Assembly: GCA_963668675.2 (NCBI GenBank)
Contig: CAXXMB010000002.1
Coordinates: forward strand, 3,136,001 to 3,200,000
Source of the DNA: an uncultured Desulfatitalea sp.
GTDB taxonomy: Bacteria > Desulfobacterota > Desulfobacteria > Desulfobacterales > Desulfosarcinaceae
DNA: 64,000 nt
Direction: 5' to 3'
Shown here piece after piece: positions 48,711 through 58,009 of the stretch. A program made the translations under genes and the position numbers. The notes beneath the pieces were generated by a model. It made no database searches and was not told where the DNA came from. It saw only the letters and a list, made by a program, of their open reading frames with translations. Position 1 is the stretch's first letter; each line of letters opens with the position of its first letter.

Positions 48711-48971
48711 ATGACCTACGAATTGTCACAAGATTACCTTTGGAAGGAGATCGGGGACCAGGTCGTTGTGCTGCACTTTGAATCCGGGCGCTACTATTCG
48801 CTCAACCCTTCCGGCAGTGTGATATGGAGAGGGTTATTGGAGAACCAGTCTGCCGATCAGATCGTTGAGGGGCTTTGCAGCGACTTCGACGTGGATGAAG
48901 AGACCGCCTTAGAAGATGTTATAATAATGACCCGTCATTTTTTGGAGAAAAAATTTCTTGTTGTAGACTAA
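48711..48971 (+). CDS. PqqD-family RiPP recognition element (lasso B1-type)
   Basis: 86 aa; VVLHFESGRYYSLNPSGSVIW...FDVDEETALEDV pattern. Confidence 0.92.
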   Translation: MTYELSQDYLWKEIGDQVVVLHFESGRYYSLNPSGSVIWRGLLENQSADQIVEGLCSDFDVDEETALEDVIIMTRHFLEKKFLVVD

Positions 48972-49004
48972 AACAACAACATCGTCCCCCGCTGTCTGGA
49001 TAAA

Positions 49005-49718
49005 ATGCTTCACGTTGTGTTTTTTGGAATGGATCTGCGAATACTGGACGCGCTCATGAAGCGCCCGATCCATCTGTGCGGCGTTTACCTTCCCCCGGCG
49101 CCATACCGGTTCCTGAGACACCCGCCTTGGTATCTTAAGTTTACTCCCCGGTTTATGATTAAGAAGAGGCTGAAAACGGCGGCTGTTTACGCCGGGGTGG
49201 ATCAATATGTGCGCCATCACAATATCGCCGCACTGCAAGCGAAGCAGGTGAGCAGTGGGAAATTAAGAAAGCAATTGGCCGATTGCGGGGTCGATCTGGG
49301 AGTGGTTGCCAACTTTGGCCAGAGGATCGACAGCCGGTTGTTGTCCATTCCGAAATTTGGTTTCATCAATTACCACCCATCATTGCTGCCCAAATACAGG
49401 GGGCCTTCGCCTTTGGGCCACATGCTGCTCAACGGGGAGAAGATTTCCGGTGTCACCTGGCACAGGATCACCACCCAAATGGATCAGGGGGATATCCTGG
49501 CCCAGGATCAGTTCGAGATTGATCGCGATGATACCGAAAAGGATTTGGATCAAAAGTCAACTGCCCTGGCGATCCAACTGCTTGGTCCCCTGCTGGCCGA
49601 CATTGATGCCGGCCGGGTTCATGGAAGGCCGCAGGATGAGTCCCAGGCCACATACTATCCCAAGCTGACCACATTGGAAAAAAAACAGCTGTCCGAGCTG
49701 GGAAAGCGTCCATCATGA
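49005..49718 (+). CDS. N10-formyl-THF-dependent formyltransferase (catalytic domain only)
   Basis: INYHPSLLPKYRGPSP, GVTWH, MDQGDIL; no Fmt C-terminal domain. Confidence 0.9.
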   Translation: MLHVVFFGMDLRILDALMKRPIHLCGVYLPPAPYRFLRHPPWYLKFTPRFMIKKRLKTAAVYAGVDQYVRHHNIAALQAKQVSSGKLRKQLADCGVDLGVVANFGQRIDSRLLSIPKFGFINYHPSLLPKYRGPSPLGHMLLNGEKISGVTWHRITTQMDQGDILAQDQFEIDRDDTEKDLDQKSTALAIQLLGPLLADIDAGRVHGRPQDESQATYYPKLTTLEKKQLSELGKRPS

Positions 49719-51664
49719 GTTCAGTGAATCCGTGTGCGAGCAGGTACTTTCAACTCGGGCAAACGGGGGTTAGGCTCGATTTTCCCGACTCGGAATTTGC
49801 CGACCAGGCGTGCCGCCACATATTTCTTTCCGATAGTTTCCCGGGACAGGTCATTGCAACCCTTGAATATATCAACGATGAAGCGGTCGGCCGTGAGCTT
49901 TCTATGCCCGGGCGCCCCAATGTGGTTGGTATCTCTCGCAAAAAACGGGAAGACGGGCGGGAAAGACTTCTGCTTCAGATGTTCGATGCGTTTACGGTAG
50001 CACTGGATTTTTGCGATGATACTATCCAGATTCGCTATCCCTCCCATGCGCCGATACGGTTGCTGTTGGACGATGTGTTGCAAGCGGCCATGCAGTATGT
50101 GTTAGATCGCATTGGTGGATTTATTCTCCATGGCGCCTGCATGGTGCGGGATGGCCGTGCCATTGTCTTTATGGGCAACTCGGGTGCGGGGAAATCGACT
50201 TCGGCCTTCAACCTGATCCGTTTCGGTTTTCACTGTTATGCGGATGATGCGGTATTGGTGACCCCGGGAGAGGAGGGACTATTGGTATGGCCCTTGTCAC
50301 GCGAATTTTCTCTCCGTCCCCTCTCTTTCAAGCTTTTTGAAAAGCAGGGTATCCCCCTGGGAGATTATCAAAAAGAGGGTCAGAAATTCTATTTCAGCCA
50401 GACGGCCGAACGGCTGCCCGGAGCCCGACTGGAGCACATCTGCTTTCTGGAATTGAGCGGCGACGCGGAAACAACCTATACGCCTCTTGGCGAAGCGCAA
50501 ACCCTCTCCATTTTGTGTGAAAATAAGCGTCATTTCTCCTTTATGGGGCGCAGTGATGCGGAAAAATACGCCCGGACACTGGCACGGTGGACGCCAATGC
50601 CGATCTCCGCGCGGGTTGGAACCGACCTGCATTACCAGGGAAAGATCTTTGACCTGCTCCTTGCCGGAGGAGATAGCCAATCGTCCATCGGGATAAAACC
50701 CGTGTCACAGGCGGCAACGCGCAAGGAAAAGACGGCCTTGATTCGACAATCGTGGGGAACGGCCGGCAATTACAAGCTGGCTGATCTGATTCCATTGCTT
50801 GCTGATTATGACCCCCATGTCTTCAAGCTGGTGCTCAGCTTTTTCCAGACCCTTCCCGTTGCCAGGTTGCAACCTGTTCGCGAGCCGATTGCAATTCCCC
50901 AAGGCCCCATGACAAATTGTGCGCCTTGGGTGGATTTGTCTGAGTGGATAAATGGGTGTGAAAAACTCATGGCGGAGTCGGCGTTGGAGGTCCTTCAGCG
51001 ATTTGTCTATCCTTGGTTTGTGTCGGCCCCGTTACTCTATCCGTTTCTAAGGGCGTTGGCGGCAGGTGAAAAGGATCGACTGCCGATAATTCAACAGGCG
51101 TGGCAGCAGTTTTTGGAAAGGCAGTACAAAGGTGAGGGGATCCGTCAAAATGACAATGTCGGATCAGCGCCCAAGGAAGAGAAGGCGGAAATCCCTCGCG
51201 TGGATAGAATTGCGGTCGTCTGGATCTCAGCGAACGGAAAAGGCGATTGGCAATTGGTGGCCGATGAAATTGAGAATACGCATGGGAATAGACAGTTGAC
51301 GGTCATCCCCGTTGTGAACAGAGAAAAGCGTCTGCCCCAATGCGAAGCCCTTATCCACCATCTGAGTCGGAGAGGGGTAAACGTTAAAATTGCCCGGCAG
51401 ATTCCGCTGTGTCAGTTGAATGATGAAGATGCCACATCACTTCTTTCGTCGAACCGATTTGACTACCATCGCTTCGAAGACGAGAAGCGGTCATGTGCGG
51501 TTGTCTTTTCAGACGTCGGTCGAATGAAGAGCGACAGCTATTCATCGTTTGCAGAAGCGGCGAAACAGGTAGGTTTTAGCCGCGAGCCAATAGCCTTCGA
51601 GCAGTGTGACGGATGTGCGATGACTTCGCTGGGCTTGTGCTGCGGAGGCTTTCTGTTACAGTAA
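49715..51664 (+). CDS. HPr-kinase-like P-loop kinase with long C-terminal extension ending in a Cys cluster
   Basis: ILHGAC...FMGNSGAGKST...YADD; C-terminus IPLC...CDGCAMTSLGLCCGG; start overlaps the previous stop (ATGA). Confidence 0.75.
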   Translation: MSSVNPCASRYFQLGQTGVRLDFPDSEFADQACRHIFLSDSFPGQVIATLEYINDEAVGRELSMPGRPNVVGISRKKREDGRERLLLQMFDAFTVALDFCDDTIQIRYPSHAPIRLLLDDVLQAAMQYVLDRIGGFILHGACMVRDGRAIVFMGNSGAGKSTSAFNLIRFGFHCYADDAVLVTPGEEGLLVWPLSREFSLRPLSFKLFEKQGIPLGDYQKEGQKFYFSQTAERLPGARLEHICFLELSGDAETTYTPLGEAQTLSILCENKRHFSFMGRSDAEKYARTLARWTPMPISARVGTDLHYQGKIFDLLLAGGDSQSSIGIKPVSQAATRKEKTALIRQSWGTAGNYKLADLIPLLADYDPHVFKLVLSFFQTLPVARLQPVREPIAIPQGPMTNCAPWVDLSEWINGCEKLMAESALEVLQRFVYPWFVSAPLLYPFLRALAAGEKDRLPIIQQAWQQFLERQYKGEGIRQNDNVGSAPKEEKAEIPRVDRIAVVWISANGKGDWQLVADEIENTHGNRQLTVIPVVNREKRLPQCEALIHHLSRRGVNVKIARQIPLCQLNDEDATSLLSSNRFDYHRFEDEKRSCAVVFSDVGRMKSDSYSSFAEAAKQVGFSREPIAFEQCDGCAMTSLGLCCGGFLLQ

Positions 51665-51684
51665 CGAGAAAAGAGAGATATATC

Positions 51685-52653
51685 ATGGCCAACGTTTTAT
51701 GGACCACCTATTGCAACCGCAACTGCGCCTACTGTTTTGCCCAGGGAAAGGTGGATTTGAACAGAGACAAGGGCGACCCATCCAAGAACCTGAGCATGGA
51801 TGCCTTGGAGAAGATCATCTCCTTCTATAAGAGGAGCCTTTTGCGCCGGTTTTCGATTTTGGGCGGAGAGCCTACCCTCCATCCTCAGTTCACAACATTG
51901 TTGGACCGGGTGTTGGCCGAACCGAGTTTTAAGATGGTCTTGGTCTTTACCAACGGACTTATTCCGGAGCCGGTCCTCGACTACCTGGAGAACCAGCAGG
52001 ACGACCGGCTTCAGATCGCCTTGAATTTTAACGCGCCGAGTGTTTATCCTCAGGAACAACTTGATCATATCGAAGAAACCCTTAAAAGAGTGGGGCCGAA
52101 AGTCGGTTTGGGCATCAATATCTATAAAGCCGGCCAGGACTACAAGTATCTTGTCGATGCTATCAACGAATACGATATGGTCCGCCATATTCGACTGGGA
52201 TTGACCCATCCCATTGTCGGGGCTGGAAATCGCTATGCCAGGCGGAAGGACTTCCCCGCCATCGCAGAGGATATCGTCGCTTTTGCAAAAGTTGTCGAGC
52301 GAAACAACATCAGCTTCTCATTTGATTGCGGTTTTGAATTTTGCATGTTCTCTTTAGAGCAGCACAAAACCTTACTTGGCTGCGGGATTCGGTTTACATC
52401 GCGCTGCGATCCCATCGTCGACATCGGTCCGGACCTGAACGTGTGGCGCTGTTTCCCGATGTTGGGTGATGTCTGCGGAAAGCTTGATGCGTTTGAGACC
52501 CGCAACGATATTATCGATCATTTTAACAAGAAGTACAGGCATATCAAGCGAATGGGCAATCGACCCGAATGCCCCCAGTGCCGCTACCAGGCCACTGGTT
52601 TGTGCAGCGGCGGGTGCCTGGCCCGAACGCTTATCTCTTTCAAAGCCAAGTAA
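51685..52653 (+). CDS. Radical SAM enzyme with SPASM-type C-terminal domain
   Basis: CNRNCAYC, GGEPTLHP, FTNG; C.PIVDIGPDLNVWRC...CPQC...CSGGC. Confidence 0.93.
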   Translation: MANVLWTTYCNRNCAYCFAQGKVDLNRDKGDPSKNLSMDALEKIISFYKRSLLRRFSILGGEPTLHPQFTTLLDRVLAEPSFKMVLVFTNGLIPEPVLDYLENQQDDRLQIALNFNAPSVYPQEQLDHIEETLKRVGPKVGLGINIYKAGQDYKYLVDAINEYDMVRHIRLGLTHPIVGAGNRYARRKDFPAIAEDIVAFAKVVERNNISFSFDCGFEFCMFSLEQHKTLLGCGIRFTSRCDPIVDIGPDLNVWRCFPMLGDVCGKLDAFETRNDIIDHFNKKYRHIKRMGNRPECPQCRYQATGLCSGGCLARTLISFKAK

Positions 52654-52655
52654 AC

Positions 52656-54014
52656 ATGAGACCCCATCGATCTTCAAAAACAGCACAATATCGTTATCGG
52701 CTCGGTTTGCGCTATCAATACCTCAGTCGTATTGCCCGGGTACACTTTTTACGGCTGCTGTTAAAGATATGCCTGGCTGTTTTCTGGATCGAAGCGGTGA
52801 TACGTCCTCTCCCCAAGCGCGACCATAAGAATATCTTGGTTATGGTCATTGGAGGTTTGGGGGATTGTCTGCTGTTCGATCCGCTGTTCCGGCGACTTAA
52901 AGAGAGGTGGCCCGGTGCCAGGATCGATGTTATCAGCGGTAGCTTTGAGCAGATGTGGGCCCTCATGGCATCGGTGGACAACCTGATCCTCTTTACCCCG
53001 ACCAAGTTTAAACCCCCATGGGCATACATCAAACTGTTTCGTACGATCTATCGAAATCAATATGATTTGGTGGCCGAAGGAATCGCCTTTCTGCCCAAGA
53101 GGGGGATCTATCCGATCTTTACCTCCCTGGTTTTTTCTGCCAGCCGGGCGCCGATTCGCATCGGACGGCCCAATGTCGGACACATTGGAAAGATGCGCAT
53201 AAGAGAGATGGGATTCGTCGGTCGTGAGGAGATGCGCAGTGGCAGGAATAGACGGAATCATTCAACCAATCCATTTATAACCCACACCCTTCAGCTTGTC
53301 CCACCGGAAAGCCGCAGTGCCCACGAGAGTGCCTATATCTTCGAACCACTGGGCATGCCATTTCATCGTCGACCCGATGAGCCGGCACTGGTGGCCGATC
53401 CACCCAACGACATCTGGGCTGCGGACCGGCTGGCTCAGCATTGGCCGACAGATCGTCGCCCTCTCGTCGGCGTTACCCTGGAAACCACCCGATCCATCAA
53501 GAGCTGGCCACTGGAAAATTATGTTGCTATTATCGAGAGCGGCATTCGTGATGGGTACCGTTTCCTCTTGCTCGGTCTGGATCGAGATCTCTCCAGGAAG
53601 GTATCACAGCGGTTCTCTCAAGAGATGGTGCTTGATGTTTCAGGCCAAACGACCCTGGCCCAGATGATCGCGTTGATTCGACAATGCCATGCGTTTGTAT
53701 CCGGCGATACCGGGCCGTCGCACATCGCCCAGGCCTGCCGTGTACCGACGGTTGTTCTTTTTGGTCCCTCCAATGAACGTGAGTTCGGGCCCATGGACGC
53801 AGATCTGCACACGCTGATGTTGCCGCCTGAAAAACTGTCCTGCCGTCCGTGCGTGTTAGGGCCTTGTGTGCGTGGGCGCAGCTGTATCCGGTCGATCAGG
53901 CCAGTCGATGTATATGAAGCTCTTAAGGAAAAAGTGGCGCAATCGACAAATGGCACTCACAGTCGTCCGCAGCCTTTACGCGGAACACCCCAGCGCATTT
54001 TGTGTGTCATTTAA
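52656..54014 (+). CDS. Glycosyltransferase family 9 (heptosyltransferase-like)
   Basis: GGLGD, KSWP, SGDTGPSHIAQA..VPTVVLFGPS, CRPC...C...CIRSI. Confidence 0.88.
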   Translation: MRPHRSSKTAQYRYRLGLRYQYLSRIARVHFLRLLLKICLAVFWIEAVIRPLPKRDHKNILVMVIGGLGDCLLFDPLFRRLKERWPGARIDVISGSFEQMWALMASVDNLILFTPTKFKPPWAYIKLFRTIYRNQYDLVAEGIAFLPKRGIYPIFTSLVFSASRAPIRIGRPNVGHIGKMRIREMGFVGREEMRSGRNRRNHSTNPFITHTLQLVPPESRSAHESAYIFEPLGMPFHRRPDEPALVADPPNDIWAADRLAQHWPTDRRPLVGVTLETTRSIKSWPLENYVAIIESGIRDGYRFLLLGLDRDLSRKVSQRFSQEMVLDVSGQTTLAQMIALIRQCHAFVSGDTGPSHIAQACRVPTVVLFGPSNEREFGPMDADLHTLMLPPEKLSCRPCVLGPCVRGRSCIRSIRPVDVYEALKEKVAQSTNGTHSRPQPLRGTPQRILCVI

Positions 54015-54019
54015 GGAGT

Positions 54020-55885
54020 ATGTTTTTGGCTGCAGAAAAAGAACATCAGACACCCTCCGGCCCTCAACTGATGAAGGGCTACCGGTCCATTCCGGGAGGA
54101 TACGACACCATTTCCGGAAAAGAGGTCTTCCGTCTGTTCTGGAGGTATGCGCGCTACGAGAAGAGGGTGTTTCTGGTTATCCTTTTTTCAGTAATCCTGC
54201 AGGGCGGCGTCGCCGGCGGCACCATCTATCTGCTTAAAAGCGCCCTGGATCAGTTTTTTGAAAAGCAGAACCTGAACACAGTGATGTTTCTGGTCGGCAC
54301 ACTGTTTCTGGCCACAGTGCTCAAGAGCGGATTGGAGTTCCTGTTCAACTGGAAAAAAGCTGTCGCTGTGGCACGTATCAATGATCAGTTGGTGATCAAG
54401 GCGTTTCGCCACCTGCTCTATAATCCTTTCCGGTATCACATCGGGGAGCGGGACCGCAAAAAATACGCCTGGGTGTTGAAAGATGCCATGAAGTTTATTA
54501 ATTCGATTTTCGGCATGTTCAATGCCTGGGCCAAGCAGCCCTTTGTGCTGCTCAGCACGGTAGTGGCTCTGTGGATCATCTCGCCTGTATTGACTTTCGT
54601 TGGCTTGGTGCTCGCGCCCCTTGGGATTCCTTGTATCCTCTTTTTGAAACGCAAGATTAAGGATTTTGTTGCCGAGCGGAAGATGCTGCTGGGCGTGATC
54701 GAAGAGGTGGTCTCCGAGAGTATTCGCAGTATCCGTATCGTCAAGGTATTTGGCCTGGAAGAGCGCAACGTCGCCCAGTTGGCAACCGCCATCGATAAGC
54801 AACGAGACATCAACATGAAAAACGCCTTCTACCTCGGGTTGATGTCTCCGTTGTCGGAATTGATCGGCTTTATCGGCCTGGCCGTGATTATTTTCGCCGG
54901 CAGTCAGCGCATCATCGACGGCAGCTTTACGACAGGTACTTTTTTCGTCTTCATCATGGCTTTTTTGAATATCTACAGGCCACTGAAGGACATCTCCAAC
55001 GGTTTCATGAACTACCAGTTGGCCCTGGATGCGGGCCGGCGGTTGATTATCCTCGAGCAGCGGGCTGCAAAAGTGCAGAGCAACCAGGGCAGTGTCATGC
55101 TCGATCGTTTCAGCCAGTTGGAGGTGAGGGATCTCTGGTTTGCCTATGACGTTGCTGACAGTGGCGGAGAACAGGAAGCAACAGAGACCGAATACGTGCT
55201 AAGGGGCTTGTCTTTGACGCTTCACGCCGGTGAGGCCATGGCACTGGTCGGCGCCACCGGCGCCGGGAAAAGTACATTGTGTGATCTGATCTGCCGTTTG
55301 TATGAACCCTCCAAAGGAGAACTGCTCGTAAACGGCACACCCGCTTCAGATTTTTCCAAAGAGAGTTTTACGGCATCATTTGCGCTCTGTTCACAAGACA
55401 CCATCGTGTTCAATAACGCTTTGTTCGAGGAGATCCGGGTGGCAGCACCGGAATCCTCAATGGAGGAGGTCTGGCGTGTGGCCGACGCCGTCGGATTGTC
55501 GGCCTATATGTCCACAGGTCGTCGCAATTGGGAGAGCTGGATCGGAGACCGCGGCGTTCAATTCTCCGGTGGGCAAAGGCAGATGATCGCCATCGCCAGA
55601 GCCCTGCTGCGCAAACCTCGGGTGTTGATCATGGATGAAGCCATGTCCGGTCTGGATGTGGAGACCGGCCGGCTTCTTTGGGAGAACATTCGTCGCATGC
55701 TGCCCGACACGGCGATACTGGCCATCTCCCACAACTGGGATGTGATCCGGCACTGCCAGCGGGTTAGCGTGATGGTCGAGGGGCGTATCACCAAGACCAT
55801 GCAGGTGGCGGAGATCGAAGACAAAGATCAGTTTTTTAGAAGCCTTCATATCGAGCGCCAGAAGAGCGGACATTCCCATGAATAA
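54020..55885 (+). CDS. ABC exporter, fused TMD-NBD
   Basis: N-terminal TMs; GATGAGKS, FSGGQRQ, LIMDEA, ISH; start approximate (54002-54026). Confidence 0.93.
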   Translation: MFLAAEKEHQTPSGPQLMKGYRSIPGGYDTISGKEVFRLFWRYARYEKRVFLVILFSVILQGGVAGGTIYLLKSALDQFFEKQNLNTVMFLVGTLFLATVLKSGLEFLFNWKKAVAVARINDQLVIKAFRHLLYNPFRYHIGERDRKKYAWVLKDAMKFINSIFGMFNAWAKQPFVLLSTVVALWIISPVLTFVGLVLAPLGIPCILFLKRKIKDFVAERKMLLGVIEEVVSESIRSIRIVKVFGLEERNVAQLATAIDKQRDINMKNAFYLGLMSPLSELIGFIGLAVIIFAGSQRIIDGSFTTGTFFVFIMAFLNIYRPLKDISNGFMNYQLALDAGRRLIILEQRAAKVQSNQGSVMLDRFSQLEVRDLWFAYDVADSGGEQEATETEYVLRGLSLTLHAGEAMALVGATGAGKSTLCDLICRLYEPSKGELLVNGTPASDFSKESFTASFALCSQDTIVFNNALFEEIRVAAPESSMEEVWRVADAVGLSAYMSTGRRNWESWIGDRGVQFSGGQRQMIAIARALLRKPRVLIMDEAMSGLDVETGRLLWENIRRMLPDTAILAISHNWDVIRHCQRVSVMVEGRITKTMQVAEIEDKDQFFRSLHIERQKSGHSHE

Positions 55886-56879
55886 GAACAAGGTGCTGTG
55901 CGAGTGCCTGAAAGGTCTGCTGGCATTTGAAGATCGGTTTGAACAGGTGCCCGATAGGCGGGCCAGATGGCTCGGTGAGCGTCTTGCATGGCACAAAGTC
56001 CTGCCGCTTGCTGCGGCAATTCAAGACCCCGGCAAGCCCAAGTGCCGGACCTTGGCTGATATCTTAAACAAAGCCAACCTGCATAACATGATGCGGGAGG
56101 AGCATTACTTCAGGCAAGTTAGGTCTCTTTTCAGCGCCCTGGACCAATGGGAGGTTGAATATGTTCCCTTCAAAGGCCCTTTTTGGTTTGTGCCGCTTTA
56201 TGAGGCCTACCATTGGCGCCATATCGGCGATATCGATCTGCTCTTGCCCAAATCGGATATTCCTAAAGCCACCGAGATGATGGTGGCCCTGGGGTATCGA
56301 CCCCATTATCTGAGTGGCGGCCTGGAGCAGGAGCTTGTTGGCGGCAGGGGGGAGCTGGCTTTTTCCCCGGACCCTTCCCGGCCCAATGATGTGGTGGTGG
56401 AGCTTCACTGGGACCCCATGCCCAGCCCGCGTTTCATGCGTCGCCAATTTCTGAGCTATGAAGACTTCACGCGTCGGACCATTTGCGGTCAATGGCGGGG
56501 GCTCTCCTATGCCATGCCCTCGTTGGAAGTCCAGTTCTTGTACCTGGTTCTTCATGCCACCTGTCAACACCAATTCATGCGCTTCGTGCATGTGACGACC
56601 ATCGTTCACTATATCCAAAGACGATTTCATTTGAATTTCGAAGAGGTGTTCGAACTGGCAGCCGAACGGCACGCCAGCACGCCCCTTTTTTATGGATTGT
56701 CCTTTGCGAATGCTTTTTGGGCGTTGCCGAAGCCATTGCGGGAATTGAAAGCACGAATAAGCGTCCCGTTGAAGAGCAGATTGGTGACAAAGCTGCTCTC
56801 TCCCCGTTCCATTGTACAAGGGAACGATAAAAAAGGGACAATCCGTAGAAATCTATTCAGGACAGCGATCAGTTGGTAA
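55878..56879 (+). CDS. Nucleotidyltransferase (NTP_transf_5-like)
   Basis: PFKG...Y....R.IGDIDLL and VELHW motifs; a family that also occurs in lasso clusters. Confidence 0.82.
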   Translation: MNKNKVLCECLKGLLAFEDRFEQVPDRRARWLGERLAWHKVLPLAAAIQDPGKPKCRTLADILNKANLHNMMREEHYFRQVRSLFSALDQWEVEYVPFKGPFWFVPLYEAYHWRHIGDIDLLLPKSDIPKATEMMVALGYRPHYLSGGLEQELVGGRGELAFSPDPSRPNDVVVELHWDPMPSPRFMRRQFLSYEDFTRRTICGQWRGLSYAMPSLEVQFLYLVLHATCQHQFMRFVHVTTIVHYIQRRFHLNFEEVFELAAERHASTPLFYGLSFANAFWALPKPLRELKARISVPLKSRLVTKLLSPRSIVQGNDKKGTIRRNLFRTAISW

Positions 56880-56911
56880 AAATTACGTTTGGGATACTGC
56901 CGCAAAAAAAG

Positions 56912-58009
56912 ATGAAGAAAAAGTCTTCGAAACACCTGCTGAAAATTACGACAATTCTTCACAATTTTGAATCGATCGCTTTCGGAAAAACACCGGAGGA
57001 GAATCGCTATTTCCAAACCAGCGATGGCGGGCGATTCATAAAAGTATCGTCATTTAATCGACGTAATACCAGCGCTGCACCGACAAAATCTGAGAATCCC
57101 GACCTCTGCGTACACCCGTCTAATATCAAGGAGCATCTGAGATGGTGCAAGCGCTGCCTGTTCGATAGTGTCGTCTTGCCATCCAACGCCGATGTTATCC
57201 TTCTGCGGGCCAATATCAGCCTTTTTTATCTCCAAGACGCTATCCGAATCAAAATTAATGTCGGAAACCCTGAAAGGCCTGCGGAAGGGCTGAAAACAGA
57301 GTATGCACTTCGTAAGAGAGTGGAAAAGATGGACCTTCTAAAAGTGCCTCGGCTTCTTGAGGGACGTTTCGAGGAGAATTCATCATTTTTAATGGATGAG
57401 GTGATTCCGGGCAGATTATTGGCATGGGAGGATCAAGGTGCCGAAGCGGTGTTCAGACGATTGATCCCCGATATTTGGAAGTATTACCAATCTGTTGGTA
57501 TAGAGTGGATGACGCCCGGGGAACGCGGCGATGATGTGGACAAGGTCATCCACGAATACACCCAGGCGTTGGAGGCCAAACCTGAAATCTGCTTCCCCTT
57601 TGACTTAAAGAAGATCGAGGGTTTTCGCGATCGCATTCTGCCCTGCGCTCAGATTCACGGCGATTTGGCAATCCACAATATCATCGTCTCCCCTGATGGG
57701 GATTTTTTGGTAGACTGGGAATCCTCCACCTTCGACTATCTTATACGCGATTTCCACAAGCTGTTAATCATCGATGAGTGGCATCTGGATCGTCAGATCA
57801 GGCCGCTGATGGAAATCGAGATTGAAGAGCAGCGCAAATCGACTGGTAATGCCCCCCTCTCTTTCAACGACCAACTCTACTGGATCCTCTTCCTTCAGGT
57901 CCACAACATGGTGACGACACCTTACTATCCTCAACGGTTGCTGCGAAAAGCGCAGAACACATTGGACCACTTTTTCCTAACGACTACTCGTGCTGCGGAT
58001 AGCCTGTAA
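56912..58009 (+). CDS. Aminoglycoside phosphotransferase / choline-kinase-like enzyme
   Basis: [17 protein letters not shown] (Brenner motif), LVDWE; start 56873 or 56912. Confidence 0.78.
   Translation: MKKKSSKHLLKITTILHNFESIAFGKTPEENRYFQTSDGGRFIKVSSFNRRNTSAAPTKSENPDLCVHPSNIKEHLRWCKRCLFDSVVLPSNADVILLRANISLFYLQDAIRIKINVGNPERPAEGLKTEYALRKRVEKMDLLKVPRLLEGRFEENSSFLMDEVIPGRLLAWEDQGAEAVFRRLIPDIWKYYQSVGIEWMTPGERGDDVDKVIHEYTQALEAKPEICFPFDLKKIEGFRDRILPCAQIHGDLAIHNIIVSPDGDFLVDWESSTFDYLIRDFHKLLIIDEWHLDRQIRPLMEIEIEEQRKSTGNAPLSFNDQLYWILFLQVHNMVTTPYYPQRLLRKAQNTLDHFFLTTTRAADSL

Noticed and set aside
49005..49718. Housekeeping fmt
   Set aside because: Too short, lacks the C-terminal tRNA-binding domain, and no def gene is adjacent.
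48711..52653. PQQ biosynthesis (PqqD plus rSAM)
   Set aside because: No PqqB/PqqC, no PqqA-type ExxxY core, and a B2-type peptidase is present instead.
52656..55885. Ordinary LPS core locus (waaF/waaC plus msbA)
   Set aside because: Embedded among RiPP genes with no other LPS genes nearby; not formally excluded, so no gene symbols were assigned.
47813..58009. Canonical lasso peptide cluster
   Set aside because: No asparagine-synthetase-like cyclase in the window and no Asp/Glu at core positions 7-9.
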